A stretch of 64,000 bases of DNA from a virus. Its lineage: Duplodnaviria; Heunggongvirae; Uroviricota; Caudoviricetes. Under the pieces are notes generated by a model that did no database searches, had not been told where the DNA came from, and saw only the letters and a list, made by a program, of their open reading frames with translations. The position numbers were made by a program, and so were the translations under genes. The stretch lies in IMG/VR virus record IMGVR_UViG_3300017989_000052. The stretch is one strand, 5' to 3'. Each line of letters opens with the position of its first letter. Position 1 is the first letter of the stretch. This document shows, piece after piece, positions 30,317 to 40,249 of the stretch.

Positions 30317-30709
30317 ATGAGCCGGATTATTGATAAAGCTGTGGCTGATAATAAATTGCTGCTAATTGAAGTAGATGAGTGGGATACCTACCTAGTAGAC
30401 CCCTCAGAAATTGTAGTAGACGCTGAAACTCAAATGTTTCTAATTGCTACAGGAAGAATGCAGGCATTTGATTGTGATATGTATACAGTCGCTAAGCACT
30501 ACAAAACTGTAGAGTATATCACTATCCCATGTGCCGAGTGCAGGATTCAACTCCTAGACCGTCCTCCGCACTGGTCCTACGTGACTGTGGAAGAGGCTAA
30601 GCTTAGAGCAAGGCGTATGCGCTTTGTGAGGAAGCATAAGCCCTCTAATCCCATTCGGTGGATTAGTAAGAAGCTCATAAAGTTGTATCGCAGTATTGGT
30701 AAAAAATAA
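30317..30709 (+). CDS. hypothetical protein
   Basis: ORF track. Confidence 0.3.
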   Translation: MSRIIDKAVADNKLLLIEVDEWDTYLVDPSEIVVDAETQMFLIATGRMQAFDCDMYTVAKHYKTVEYITIPCAECRIQLLDRPPHWSYVTVEEAKLRARRMRFVRKHKPSNPIRWISKKLIKLYRSIGKK

Positions 30710-30885
30710 ACAAGGTTAAATTTATGATTTCCCTACCTTATATTATAGGGCATTATACCACGAAATTAGGAGGTCCGCCTGCCAGAGCAGAAATGAAAAA
30801 ATTGACAGCTTAGAAGGAAAGGAGTTTGGTAGCAAGAGATTTTTGAGTATCACAGATTCCCCCTATCCATTCAAAGGAGATTCGC

Positions 30886-31452
30886 ATGATCCGCACACTG
30901 ACCCTTCTCGCTTTTGTTGTCGTATTGTTTCTCGGTTGCACGAACGAGGAAACTCCTTCCCCTGAAGAGAGTGGGACCGTTGCTGAGGGAGAGGCCACTC
31001 TTGCAATTGATATTTACGAAGAATGCCTTCAAACAGCAACAGAAGTTAAGGGAGATAATCCCCAACTTGAGGAATGCTACGAACTTCTTCAGCGTGGGAA
31101 GTCGTATCTGGAGCAAGACCCCCCACGCTACATGCAAGCTTCCGAAATTCTAAACCTCATCTACAACTCGAACGAAACCAACGCAAAAAGCGTTGGCGAA
31201 ACCGGCGAGTTCTTCCAGTTGGTTTATGTCCGCGGCGAAGAACTTCACGAAGAAGTGTTACAAAACCTCAACTCCTGGGTGGAGCGCCTTAACGGCTTAG
31301 AGGAGGGACAAGCCGAATTTTATCGGGAAGAGATCTTCCCCCGTTTCGCTGGTCAAAGTAATTGTGCTCGTGGCATAATGATTGAGCTGGCGACCCTTGT
31401 GGAAGAAGAAGACTTTTGTGCCGCGAACATCGAAACCCTGTACACTGACTGA
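30886..31452 (+). CDS. putative lipoprotein
   Basis: Signal peptide with lipobox LFLGC. Confidence 0.45.
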   Translation: MIRTLTLLAFVVVLFLGCTNEETPSPEESGTVAEGEATLAIDIYEECLQTATEVKGDNPQLEECYELLQRGKSYLEQDPPRYMQASEILNLIYNSNETNAKSVGETGEFFQLVYVRGEELHEEVLQNLNSWVERLNGLEEGQAEFYREEIFPRFAGQSNCARGIMIELATLVEEEDFCAANIETLYTD

Positions 31453-31468
31453 AAGGAAAGGTAACCCA

Positions 31469-32623
31469 ATGGGCAGGACGAAAAAGAAAAAATCAAAACC
31501 CCCAATTCCGAAGGAGCCTGAAATGCCCGCATCATCCGACGAAGTGCCGAAGAAGCTAATCGCCTTGCTTATCCTCGGTTTCCTTTCCCTGGTTATCTTG
31601 CTTAACAGCTTCTCCTGCGTTGAGTCTGGGCACGTTAGGGTCGTGACTCAGTTTGACGCGGTACTGGATGATAATACCCTCTCAGAAGGGGCGAACTTCA
31701 TCTGGTTCTGGCGAGGAACTGTTGATGTGAATTGCCAGGCGCAAAACGAAAGCGTTGGGGCGACCTGGAGCGATCAAAAGGCAGCCGTCAGCCGCGATAC
31801 TCAATCGCTTGGGTTCCAGCTGGACATTGGGTGGTGTGTAAACAAACCCGCCGCGCCACATCTTGTTCGGCACTACTCGGCCTCAACGGAGACCTGGAGC
31901 GAAACAATCATTATTCACTGTATGTGGCAAGCAGTGAAAAATGTGATGTCGAACTACTCCGTCGTTGAAGTTACGCAGCAGCGGGAAACGGTGAAGAACG
32001 AGATCGAGGAACAGCTCGTGTTGCTTATTAATGAGCGGCTTGTTAATAAAGACCCGGTGCTGGAAAATGCGGTCACTATTACTCAGGTAAACCTTTCGAA
32101 TATTGAGTATAGTGACGGGTATGAGCAAGCCATTGAAGCAAAGCAAGTCTTGGAGCAAGAGGTGCAACGAGAGGAACGCGAATTAGAGCGTATCCGAATC
32201 AACGCACAACAGCAAGTTGCCCAGGCTGAGGCTGAGCGAGATGCTATGGTACAGCGGGCTAATGGTGAAGCCCTTTCACGGATTGTCCGGGCAGAGGCTG
32301 AAGTAAAAGCTTACCTTTGGCTTCTCCAAGTGGGCGTTGACCCTATGACAAACCGTTTTTATGATACTTGGGACGGAGTTGTTCCTACCGTTTGGGGTGG
32401 TGGGGGTGGGTCAATTGAGATGTTAATCCCGGCCTCCTGCGGGGAGAGCGGAATCTCCGCAGAAAACCTACAATTGCTGCTCCGCTCAATGCAAGAAGAA
32501 CGTGAGGCTATTGAAGAACGCATGACGCAGACCCAGGAGGATGAAGCAAACGCCCGGGAAACGCCTAACGCGGAGCCTCGTGAGGAGGAAGAAGAAACTC
32601 AGACCCAACCCGATGAGGAGTAA
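31469..32623 (+). CDS. SPFH/band-7 (prohibitin/stomatin-like) membrane protein
   Basis: N-terminal TM segment, then a band-7 core (VNLSNIEYSDGYEQAIEAKQVLEQE...AEAERDAMVQRANGEA), acidic tail; start at the MGRTKKKK ATG. Confidence 0.65.
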   Translation: MGRTKKKKSKPPIPKEPEMPASSDEVPKKLIALLILGFLSLVILLNSFSCVESGHVRVVTQFDAVLDDNTLSEGANFIWFWRGTVDVNCQAQNESVGATWSDQKAAVSRDTQSLGFQLDIGWCVNKPAAPHLVRHYSASTETWSETIIIHCMWQAVKNVMSNYSVVEVTQQRETVKNEIEEQLVLLINERLVNKDPVLENAVTITQVNLSNIEYSDGYEQAIEAKQVLEQEVQREERELERIRINAQQQVAQAEAERDAMVQRANGEALSRIVRAEAEVKAYLWLLQVGVDPMTNRFYDTWDGVVPTVWGGGGGSIEMLIPASCGESGISAENLQLLLRSMQEEREAIEERMTQTQEDEANARETPNAEPREEEEETQTQPDEE

Positions 32624-32661
32624 AACGCGGCTAAAAAGTTAGCCGAAGGTTGAGTAAAAAA

Positions 32662-32694
32662 GGGGGTGCCACAGACGTGGCACCCCCTTTTTTT
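32662..32694 (+). terminator. rho-independent terminator (bidirectional: A-run, 12-bp GC stem, T-run)
   Basis: GGGGGTGCCACAGACGTGGCACCCCC followed by TTTTTTT. Confidence 0.7.
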
Positions 32695-32731
32695 ATGAAG
32701 GGATTTACCATAAAGCAGGGTGAGCTGAAAA

Positions 32732-33025
32732 ATGAAAAAAGTATTAACCTTTATGGACGAAGATGCACACATGCATGTCTATGATGTTTCAACCGACGCA
32801 AAACTTGAAAATGTTATTTTCGCTATTCTCCAAACTCACCTTGAGGGAAATTATATCCGGGGGGAGGATGCGAAAAGGGCGAAGGAAGCAATTAAGGAAA
32901 AAGACGTAGACTCCGCAATTGATTTAATTGACGATTCGGATGGGGTTGGGTTTGAACGTAGCCGTGGCGGTAGAATGTATATTGTAGATGTTAAGTCCAA
33001 CTGGGACCAAAAAGCAGGATATTAA
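32732..33025 (+). CDS. hypothetical protein
   Basis: ORF track. Confidence 0.3.
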   Translation: MKKVLTFMDEDAHMHVYDVSTDAKLENVIFAILQTHLEGNYIRGEDAKRAKEAIKEKDVDSAIDLIDDSDGVGFERSRGGRMYIVDVKSNWDQKAGY

Positions 33026-33029
33026 AAAA

Positions 33030-33347
33030 ATGGATTATGTGATTCTATTTGGAATTGATAAAAATGTTAACCGGTGTGGTGTTATTTACAAAAAATTAGA
33101 AAATGCAATAGCTCAAGCAACAGGAACAGATAAGATTGTTAAAACACTAAATGGAGCAAAAATCTTAGACGCGTATGAACCCTTAAGAGATGTCCTCTTG
33201 GAGAAAGTACCCGAGCGGTACCAGACATCAGAGGCAATGACAAGAGTCTGGGAAAAGGACCAACAATGGAAAGTTAGTGTACTACAGGAACAGCTGGATC
33301 TTTTAATTGCGGAAGGTGGCACAGAGATTGTTGAGGTTAAAGTTTAA
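33030..33347 (+). CDS. hypothetical protein
   Basis: Internal ATG chosen, no overlap with the upstream gene. Confidence 0.3.
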   Translation: MDYVILFGIDKNVNRCGVIYKKLENAIAQATGTDKIVKTLNGAKILDAYEPLRDVLLEKVPERYQTSEAMTRVWEKDQQWKVSVLQEQLDLLIAEGGTEIVEVKV

Positions 33348-33602
33348 TGTTGAGGATGAAAAAGATAGAAGAGGGATGGCCCACGGTGGAAGCTACACGG
33401 ACATCATTATCCCTACTAAAATCCTCTCCGCCCTTATATTTGCACAAGAAAATGCCCCAAAACATTAGTTTACATTTGGGTCAAAGAAAATATAATATAA
33501 TGGCCCCCTAAAACCCTTGAAGCCAATGTAAATAAAAAACTAAAGTTGTTTTTATTTTACATTTAAGTTAGCCCCTTTAACCCCTGGCCAAAGGAGCCCA
33601 AA

Positions 33603-33788
33603 ATGAGCCCGATCCTTGTTCTTGCTTATTCCATGATTGCAGTTTCCCTCACCGCCGTCGCGATTTGCGGCGTTGTTTTCCTGAAAATCCAAGCACGGGA
33701 TAAGAAAAAGTTAGCAGAGCTTCAAGAAGCAGACACCTGGATTGGCGAACTCGATTCGGAGGCAAAAGAACTTTTACAAGGAAATTAG
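33603..33788 (+). CDS. small membrane protein
   Basis: Hydrophobic N-terminal TM helix. Confidence 0.3.
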   Translation: MSPILVLAYSMIAVSLTAVAICGVVFLKIQARDKKKLAELQEADTWIGELDSEAKELLQGN

Positions 33789-33789
33789 T

Positions 33790-34203
33790 ATGAACAAAGC
33801 GATAGAGGAAGTCTTAAATTGTAAACAGAGTATTGTAAATCTCACAGCTCAACATTTCTCTTACTCCTTGGAAGAAAAGAGGACACTAAAAAAATACAAG
33901 GAATTCTACGAGTATCTTGAAAATGCGTGTTGTGGTGTGGAGTTAGAGGCTCTTACGGAAGAAGATCTTTCGCGCCTAGGGTGGGGGAAGTGGGACGACG
34001 ATGGGTTGATGTTAGCCCCGCTCTATTGGTATAAAGCCTTGCTTAGGAAAGAACGGCTAATTTTGACGAGCATTAGTGGGGAGGATCGCGTTATTGGGAT
34101 CGACGAGATAGACAAGGATTCTCGTTTTGGTTGCCTAGCTTACGGAATTTTTCCAGGAAAGGTTAAATACGCTCCAGTCTTCCATGCCAAGGAGACAGGA
34201 TAA
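33790..34203 (+). CDS. hypothetical protein
   Basis: Start at the MNKAIEEV ATG. Confidence 0.3.
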   Translation: MNKAIEEVLNCKQSIVNLTAQHFSYSLEEKRTLKKYKEFYEYLENACCGVELEALTEEDLSRLGWGKWDDDGLMLAPLYWYKALLRKERLILTSISGEDRVIGIDEIDKDSRFGCLAYGIFPGKVKYAPVFHAKETG

Positions 34204-34204
34204 A

Positions 34205-34444
34205 ATGGGCTTAATTAAGAAGATAAGAGGGTTTTTCAAGAACCGGGCGATGGATATTGCAGCCGAAGATTTATCTGGCTTATTAGGCTCACTGGGGTAT
34301 AACGTAATTGAAGTGAATGCGCTTTACGAAGAAGAAAAACTAGAAGCGTTACTACAAAACCCTATCCTAGATAGAGTAAGAGCGTTATATCCTGTATATA
34401 GAGGGTATGAAGTAGTTTATGTCGCAGTTTCTGAGCCCATCTAA
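34205..34444 (+). CDS. hypothetical protein
   Basis: Start at the MGLIKK ATG. Confidence 0.3.
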   Translation: MGLIKKIRGFFKNRAMDIAAEDLSGLLGSLGYNVIEVNALYEEEKLEALLQNPILDRVRALYPVYRGYEVVYVAVSEPI

Positions 34445-34463
34445 AAAGACCTTAAAAAGAAAA

Positions 34464-34492
34464 AACCTCTCCATTTTCGGAGAGGTTTTTTC
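34464..34492. terminator. bidirectional rho-independent terminator between convergent genes
   Basis: AACCTCTCCATTTTCGGAGAGGTT flanked by an A-run and a T-run. Confidence 0.65.
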
Positions 34493-34505
34493 TTCGTTTT
34501 TATTT

Positions 34506-34979
34506 TTAACGGTCTAAAACATAAAATGTATAAGTTTTTTGATCCGTATTACTAAGCAAATCGCTCGCGCCAATTGTTAGCGATACCCCAGATAAGAGAT
34601 TTGATGTTGAAGTTCCGCTAATAACCCCACCGGAACTAAAGTTAAACCCAAAACCTGAAATTGACCCAGATACAATACTCCAAGAAACATCTCCATAAGC
34701 ATTTATCGAAGTTAGCTGGTAAGTATAAGGCTCGTTCGTAATAGCACCCGGCAAAACTTCTGTAGTGATCTGAAAGCTATTATCGGCAGGGCTATAGAAA
34801 GCATTAAAAGGATACAGCGAATCTTTATTATGGAATAAAGGGCTACTTCCTCGCCGGGGGTGGGCGGCAGAATATTTTGATGCGGCAGCAGCAAGGTCTC
34901 GCAGACTCTCGCCAATTAAACCATTACCTAAGGCCCCTCTTTCTTTTCTTAGGGCTTTTTCTCCTGGGTCTAATGTCAT
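34506..34979 (-). CDS. hypothetical protein with Gly/Ser-rich Ig-like C-terminus
   Basis: ORF track. Confidence 0.3.
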   Translation of the reverse strand: MTLDPGEKALRKERGALGNGLIGESLRDLAAAASKYSAAHPRRGSSPLFHNKDSLYPFNAFYSPADNSFQITTEVLPGAITNEPYTYQLTSINAYGDVSWSIVSGSISGFGFNFSSGGVISGTSTSNLLSGVSLTIGASDLLSNTDQKTYTFYVLDR

Positions 34980-34980
34980 T

Positions 34981-35538
34981 TTAAACCTCTTTTAGTTCCT
35001 TGAAAATATTATGAAGTTCTTGTAAAGAGTTTACTAAATCTTTGTTATTTTTAGCCTCTATCGCTCGATTATCAAACTCTCTTAAGGTCGGATGAATCCC
35101 AGTCCCAGGGAGCATCCCCAAAACTTCGCTTTTCTTATATAAGATATCTCTGATTTCCTTAAATAAGATATCAGCCTGCTCTTCGATAACTTTTAACACT
35201 CTTGGGTCATATTCTTCGATTATAGGAGGGACTTCTAAAACTTCTCTAAAGTTTTCCCACCTCAAAAGAATTTTTTCGAACGGGCGAGGCATCGGATCAA
35301 AAATATCTTGATTCTTAAAATAGAGATCTGCTAAAGCTCCCTCATTCCCATCAGAAAAGGCACTATACAAGGCAGCTGCAAGATCCACATGTTCTGGCAA
35401 GACCTTTCCAGGTTTATCTGATTTTTCCAGTAGTTTCCCTCGTAATAAATTATAAGCGAGACCGAAAATTGGAAAATCCGCTGCAAGAACCAAAGCTTTA
35501 GCCAGTTTTGTTAGTTTTGTTGATAGTTTCATTAGCAT
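34981..35538 (-). CDS. hypothetical protein
   Basis: ORF track. Confidence 0.35.
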   Translation of the reverse strand: MLMKLSTKLTKLAKALVLAADFPIFGLAYNLLRGKLLEKSDKPGKVLPEHVDLAAALYSAFSDGNEGALADLYFKNQDIFDPMPRPFEKILLRWENFREVLEVPPIIEEYDPRVLKVIEEQADILFKEIRDILYKKSEVLGMLPGTGIHPTLREFDNRAIEAKNNKDLVNSLQELHNIFKELKEV

Positions 35539-35585
35539 AGCATACCTCTTTTTAAAAGAAGGATTAACACAATATTAAGGAAAAA

Positions 35586-36107
35586 GTGATGAATCTAGAG
35601 AAATTCGAGCCAGTTGCATATTATGATTATGGCACTATTTCTTATGGCCTTTATGCTGAAGGTTGGGGCTATTACGCAGATGCTATATTTATGTTGTTGT
35701 GCTTTACTAAAAAGTGTAGGCTTCCACAACTCTTAACGAAAGATACGAATCAAATAGAAATATCAACACGGCCAGAAAAATTTAAGGGACTAAGGGAAGA
35801 ATGTGTTGGGAAGCAGCAATTTTTTAGGTGGGAACCTTCCCCAGCAGAATATAAACTAATTATTCATGAACTAGTTAGGGAGGTTACTGCTACAACAAGC
35901 GCAGAGCGGAGAAAAAAATATAAGGAGGGGCTAAATTGCTTACAAAAGAACAGAAAAAATAAAAGTAGGGAGGCATTCTCCTTAAAAGAGATTTATAATA
36001 AGGTACGTCAAAAACTTTACGAAGAGCGTCTAATTCTTATGGGAAGTTCAACGGGAGTTGGCACTACTTATATCATTTGCGACACGACTAATAGCACGGT
36101 GGGCTAA
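35586..36107 (+). CDS. hypothetical protein
   Basis: ORF track. Confidence 0.3.
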   Translation: MMNLEKFEPVAYYDYGTISYGLYAEGWGYYADAIFMLLCFTKKCRLPQLLTKDTNQIEISTRPEKFKGLREECVGKQQFFRWEPSPAEYKLIIHELVREVTATTSAERRKKYKEGLNCLQKNRKNKSREAFSLKEIYNKVRQKLYEERLILMGSSTGVGTTYIICDTTNSTVG

Positions 36108-36389
36108 AATTTGTAAACTGCGACGCTTGCTAGTTAGGTGAGCCGGGTCGGTTTGTAACTTTCTTAGGTGGTCTAAACAAGTTCCCGAGAAGAGACCATT
36201 TTTTGTGTCCCAAGGTAGAATCTTTATGTCGGCGCTATCCCGACGAAGTGTATACAAAGCCTTAGTAGATTTTACCTGAAAATAGGTGACTCTATCTTCG
36301 GAAACCTCTTCCACAACTCCATAGATAAAATGAGGGAGATCGTACGTTTCCATAATAACAAGGATGGGATCTCCCACTTTGAAAGTCAT
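36048..36389 (-). CDS. hypothetical protein
   Basis: ORF track. Confidence 0.3.
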   Translation of the reverse strand: MTFKVGDPILVIMETYDLPHFIYGVVEEVSEDRVTYFQVKSTKALYTLRRDSADIKILPWDTKNGLFSGTCLDHLRKLQTDPAHLTSKRRSLQILAHRAISRVANDISSANSR

Positions 36390-36500
36390 TTCATTTTCTC
36401 CTAATAATTATACAAAAGCCTACGAAGGTTCAAACGTAGTTCTAAAAAAATTCAAAATATAAATAATAACAGGGTGAATTGCCTAACGTAGGAGTATATA

Positions 36501-36806
36501 ATGCTGGAGAAGAAGGACCCCGAAGCTTGCCTTAATACGTTATTTTGGGTGAAAGAAAAGGGCTTTCCTCCCAAGTATTGGTATCTAACTGAAAAGCATT
36601 TTATCGTTTTAAAAGAAAACGAAATCCCCGATAACCAGATTAAAGCGTATAAAAAAGGGACAGCCGCGTATACGCAACACATAGAGATTATCTCTGGCAA
36701 AAAAGTCGACCTTGAGATAGAAATAAAAAAAGATACGATTAAAACATTACTGAGGTCCCCTTCGCGGTTAATCCGCCTCTGGGCTAATCAGGAAAGATAT
36801 ATTTAA
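36501..36806 (+). CDS. hypothetical protein, LLTH-x-VR family-like (IKTLLRSPSRLIRLWANQ)
   Basis: C-terminal motif. Confidence 0.35.
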   Translation: MLEKKDPEACLNTLFWVKEKGFPPKYWYLTEKHFIVLKENEIPDNQIKAYKKGTAAYTQHIEIISGKKVDLEIEIKKDTIKTLLRSPSRLIRLWANQERYI

Positions 36807-37051
36807 TGCAAGTAACAGCAAAGACACTAGAAAAGTTAGGGTTTCGTAAAATCCCCTGGAAGGAACAGGGTAAACGAGAAATAGCGTACCAGTACAAAAC
36901 CGTAACCTTAACCCAATACACTTTTCGAGAAGGCTTCTTTTATTCCTCTTGTGGCGAAGATACGCCGATCAGCTCCGAAGAACACTTACTAGCCGTTGTA
37001 GAAACCCTTCACGGAGAATCGTTAAATGCCTCTGGCGACTTACCTAAATGA
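36806..37051 (+). CDS. hypothetical protein
   Basis: ORF track. Confidence 0.3.
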   Translation: MQVTAKTLEKLGFRKIPWKEQGKREIAYQYKTVTLTQYTFREGFFYSSCGEDTPISSEEHLLAVVETLHGESLNASGDLPK

Positions 37052-38255
37052 GAACTTCCCTTCTAGCGATGGAATTGAAGAACATTTCATGGAAAAGTTT
37101 GGCGTAAAGGTCAAACAAGAAAATGATTTGTTTCTCTTTCAATATGATATGTTAGCCGCGAAGTGGTTAGAACCAATTACCCATGTATGCCGAGGCACGA
37201 TCCTTCGGCTTAGTGGTGGGTCTTGGGAAGTCCTTTCTCGCCCCTTTGATAAGTTCTTCAATCAAGGCGAAGGGCATTGCAAGCTTTTTGAGACTTCTGC
37301 GTTTGAAGCAGCAATAGGCTCTCTTGCTTTTATCGAAAAAGCAGATGGAACTTGCATCCAAGTCTGGTTCGACGATATTAAGGAAGAGTGGAGAATCTCT
37401 ACGCTGGGGACGATAACAACCTGGTATGCTGGGGATTCCAATTTGACCTTCGATCAGCTCTTCTTCCATGTTCTCGGGAAGGGCGAGCTTGAAATACCAA
37501 ACGAGCTCCGGGGGCATACTTTGCTATTCGAGCTTTGCAGCATTGAGAACCGCATAGTCACCCAGTACGAAAAAGATACGATCTTCCTGCTAGCAATTCG
37601 AAACATTAAAACTGGGGATTATGTAGACCGGGAACAGCTGAAGGGTGTTGCAGATACCCTAGGAGTTCGTGTACCCGCACAAGAAAAACTAACTTCCTTA
37701 GGCATTCAAACTCTCAAGGAAGCTGTCGCCTACGTCGAAAAAGAGAGCGAAAAGCATGAAAAATACGGGAATTACCCCGAGGGAATGGTAATTTATAAAG
37801 AAGGCGTGCCGGTCTGTAAAATGAAGAATGAGCGGTATGTCCAACTTCACCACGCAGTTGGTGCGGGGGATTTGCTTTGCACCCGGAATAAAATTATCGA
37901 AGCATACTTTTCCGGAAACATCGACGATCTTATGCCCGTGTTAATACCAACGATGGTGAAGTTTGCCGAGACAGTAAGAAGTTGGTGGGCATCCCAACTT
38001 GCCAAACTGTTACCCATTGTAGCGGAGTTGGCAGCGGATGAATACGAAACACAGAAAGACTACGCACTTAAGGTACAAGCGATAGTCCCTAAACAGTATA
38101 TGGGATTTTTCTTCGTCAATAAGGAAAAAATACTAGCACATGAAATAGATTCCGATTCCTTTGCTGCCTGGATGAAGCAAAACTCTCGGAAATTTGAGAA
38201 AGAGATAAAGGAGCTCTATCGCCCGGCAAATTCGGAAACTCCCAACAACAAGTAA
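37026..38255 (+). CDS. RNA ligase 1 (T4 RnlA-like tRNA repair ligase)
   Basis: VCRGTILRL...SRPFDKFFNQGE...IEKADGTCIQVWFDD lines up with T4 RnlA ECRGIMFEM...SRPMEKFFNLNE...LTKEDGSLVSTYLDGD (motif I KxDG). Confidence 0.7.
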   Translation: MPLATYLNENFPSSDGIEEHFMEKFGVKVKQENDLFLFQYDMLAAKWLEPITHVCRGTILRLSGGSWEVLSRPFDKFFNQGEGHCKLFETSAFEAAIGSLAFIEKADGTCIQVWFDDIKEEWRISTLGTITTWYAGDSNLTFDQLFFHVLGKGELEIPNELRGHTLLFELCSIENRIVTQYEKDTIFLLAIRNIKTGDYVDREQLKGVADTLGVRVPAQEKLTSLGIQTLKEAVAYVEKESEKHEKYGNYPEGMVIYKEGVPVCKMKNERYVQLHHAVGAGDLLCTRNKIIEAYFSGNIDDLMPVLIPTMVKFAETVRSWWASQLAKLLPIVAELAADEYETQKDYALKVQAIVPKQYMGFFFVNKEKILAHEIDSDSFAAWMKQNSRKFEKEIKELYRPANSETPNNK

Positions 38256-38256
38256 A

Positions 38257-38811
38257 ATGAAAACCACGGTATTTTTCAAACAAGTAAAGAATCCTGGAGT
38301 TTTAGGAACTCTTTTCAACTATATCCGAAAGTCTCTAACCCGGAATAAGGAAACAGCCGAAGATCTTATTCAAGAGGCGTTTTTTAGTGCTTGGAAAAAC
38401 CGGGAGAAATTAGAAGAGAAGAAACTTCTCTCATGGTTAAGGGTTGTAATAAAGAATCGGTTTATTGACCTTACTCGAAGAAAATGTGAAAAGGTTCCTA
38501 GAGATACTAGTTTCGATCTTTCGGATGACCCAAGAAGACACCCCGCCACAAAGGACCCCGCTTATGTAATAACCACAACGATGGCAGTGCTTTACGATCA
38601 AGATAAAATATTCGAAACGCTTGATGATGCTTTAGTTACCGCTATCAAGAGGCTAAATTCTCGCCGACGAGAAATTTTCTTATTGAGAACATTAGTAGAG
38701 CTTGATTACGAAATGCTTGCTAGCCGATATAAGCTCTCGGTGGGAGCAGTTAAAAAAGAAGTGTTTTATGCGAAAAAAGAAATTAAAGAAACGCTTGGGG
38801 AGCCTAGTTAA
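38257..38811 (+). CDS. sigma-70 family (ECF-like) sigma factor, second copy
   Basis: DLIQEAFFSAW region 2 and C-terminal region 4 HTH EIFLLRTLVELDYEMLASRYKLSVGAVKKEV. Confidence 0.6.
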   Translation: MKTTVFFKQVKNPGVLGTLFNYIRKSLTRNKETAEDLIQEAFFSAWKNREKLEEKKLLSWLRVVIKNRFIDLTRRKCEKVPRDTSFDLSDDPRRHPATKDPAYVITTTMAVLYDQDKIFETLDDALVTAIKRLNSRRREIFLLRTLVELDYEMLASRYKLSVGAVKKEVFYAKKEIKETLGEPS

Positions 38812-39121
38812 AGATAGGCAAGTATTTCTTTGCCCAGAAACGAACGGCCCCATGTTTATGTGTTAGCAAGGTATAGGGGTCAATAACATTTATATTATGA
38901 TGCAGAGTTAGCATTGTAAAGGTTGAGCCATATATAACATCTTTTTGATTTCCTCTAAGAAACCCAACTTTTTCAGGAATATCAAAGAGGTAACCAACCT
39001 GGACAAAATATTTTTTTGTTAGATAGATGAAATCTTCGCCCTTGACAAAGGGGGCCGATAGCAAACGATATATTTTGCCAAACTCTATTATAATATTACA
39101 GTTCTCATTTAAGCTCTTCAT
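38804..39121 (-). CDS. hypothetical protein, LLTH-x-VR motif family (YTLLTHKHGAVRFWAKKYL)
   Basis: C-terminal motif. Confidence 0.4.
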   Translation of the reverse strand: MKSLNENCNIIIEFGKIYRLLSAPFVKGEDFIYLTKKYFVQVGYLFDIPEKVGFLRGNQKDVIYGSTFTMLTLHHNINVIDPYTLLTHKHGAVRFWAKKYLPIFN

Positions 39122-39192
39122 TTTTCTTGAGGGGCTGAGTTTTACTCTTACAGAATAAGTTACACTTTATTCAATCAAAAGGAAACGGAAAA

Positions 39193-39483
39193 ATGAAACT
39201 CGGAACGCTAGTTGCAGTGAATCTCAACCACCTGGAAAAGGTACTCGGCAAAGTTGTTGAAAGAGGGATTTCTGAGGAAGAGCTTATTATAGCAACCCCA
39301 AGTGGGGTAAAGACAAAAGCTCTAAGGAGCCAACTTGAAGCTTTAGATAAAGATAAAAACCAGGAAGAGTTGAATCAATTAAGAATGCACGAACAGGATA
39401 TTATACTAAAAGGTATTTTCCCTCTTTATGGGCGGAATCTAGTTTTGGATGAAGGTTTCTACCCAGACAACTACATGGAGTAA
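39193..39483 (+). CDS. hypothetical protein
   Basis: ORF track. Confidence 0.3.
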   Translation: MKLGTLVAVNLNHLEKVLGKVVERGISEEELIIATPSGVKTKALRSQLEALDKDKNQEELNQLRMHEQDIILKGIFPLYGRNLVLDEGFYPDNYME

Positions 39484-39487
39484 CCCA

Positions 39488-39901
39488 ATGAAGCTTGCTA
39501 TTATCATGCGTGGTTTGCCCGGTTCGGGAAAAAGCACTTTGGCCCAGGAACTGGCGACCAAAGCCGAAACTTCAGCAATTTGTTCGGCAGACGACTTCTT
39601 TGTTGTTGCGGGGGAATACAAATTCAACCCCAATTGGCTACCGAGAGCACACCAGACCTGTAAAGATAAGTTTAAGTCCCACCTTCGAAAAGGGACTGAA
39701 ATAGTTATCGTTGATAACACCAATACCCGAAAGTGGGAATTTGCCGAGTACGTGAAGATGGCTAAGGCCCACAACTATAAGGTGGAAATCAAAACACCTC
39801 AAACCGACTGGGCTTTTGACCCGGAAGAATGTGCAAAGAAAAATTCCCACGGGGTTCCCGCAGAAGCGATCCAGCGGATGAAAGATCGCTGGGAAGACTA
39901 A
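39488..39901 (+). CDS. P-loop kinase (polynucleotide kinase / AAA_33-like kinase domain, tentative)
   Basis: GLPGSGKSTLA Walker A, IVDNTN Walker B-like; size and layout match stand-alone Pnk kinase domains. Confidence 0.5.
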   Translation: MKLAIIMRGLPGSGKSTLAQELATKAETSAICSADDFFVVAGEYKFNPNWLPRAHQTCKDKFKSHLRKGTEIVIVDNTNTRKWEFAEYVKMAKAHNYKVEIKTPQTDWAFDPEECAKKNSHGVPAEAIQRMKDRWED

Positions 39902-39946
39902 GTACAAAAGCCTGTGTCTCTCTTAACCCAACCTGGAGATGAAATA

Positions 39947-40249
39947 ATGTCAGACCAATACGATCCTCTTGGAATTGAATTGCTTCATGCTAACGCTTTG
40001 GAAAAGTTTAAGGAACACCAACAAAAAGAATCCGGGATTGAGGCTTTGCAATCGCTAAGAGACTCTTATCTCTGGCTCGTAGAGCAACTTTTTTCTCTTC
40101 AAACCGCTTTAGCAAAGAGAGTTGATAAAACAGCGATAATGAAAGAAATCCTGGAGAGGTTTAGTAACGGTTTAGACGCCGAGCAGTTTGACGCAGACGA
40201 ATGGGGCCCAACGCTTGAAGCGATTGAGAATATTTTTAAGAGCTATTAA
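39947..40249 (+). CDS. hypothetical protein
   Basis: Start at the MSDQYD ATG with a GGAG ribosome-binding site. Confidence 0.3.
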   Translation: MSDQYDPLGIELLHANALEKFKEHQQKESGIEALQSLRDSYLWLVEQLFSLQTALAKRVDKTAIMKEILERFSNGLDAEQFDADEWGPTLEAIENIFKSY

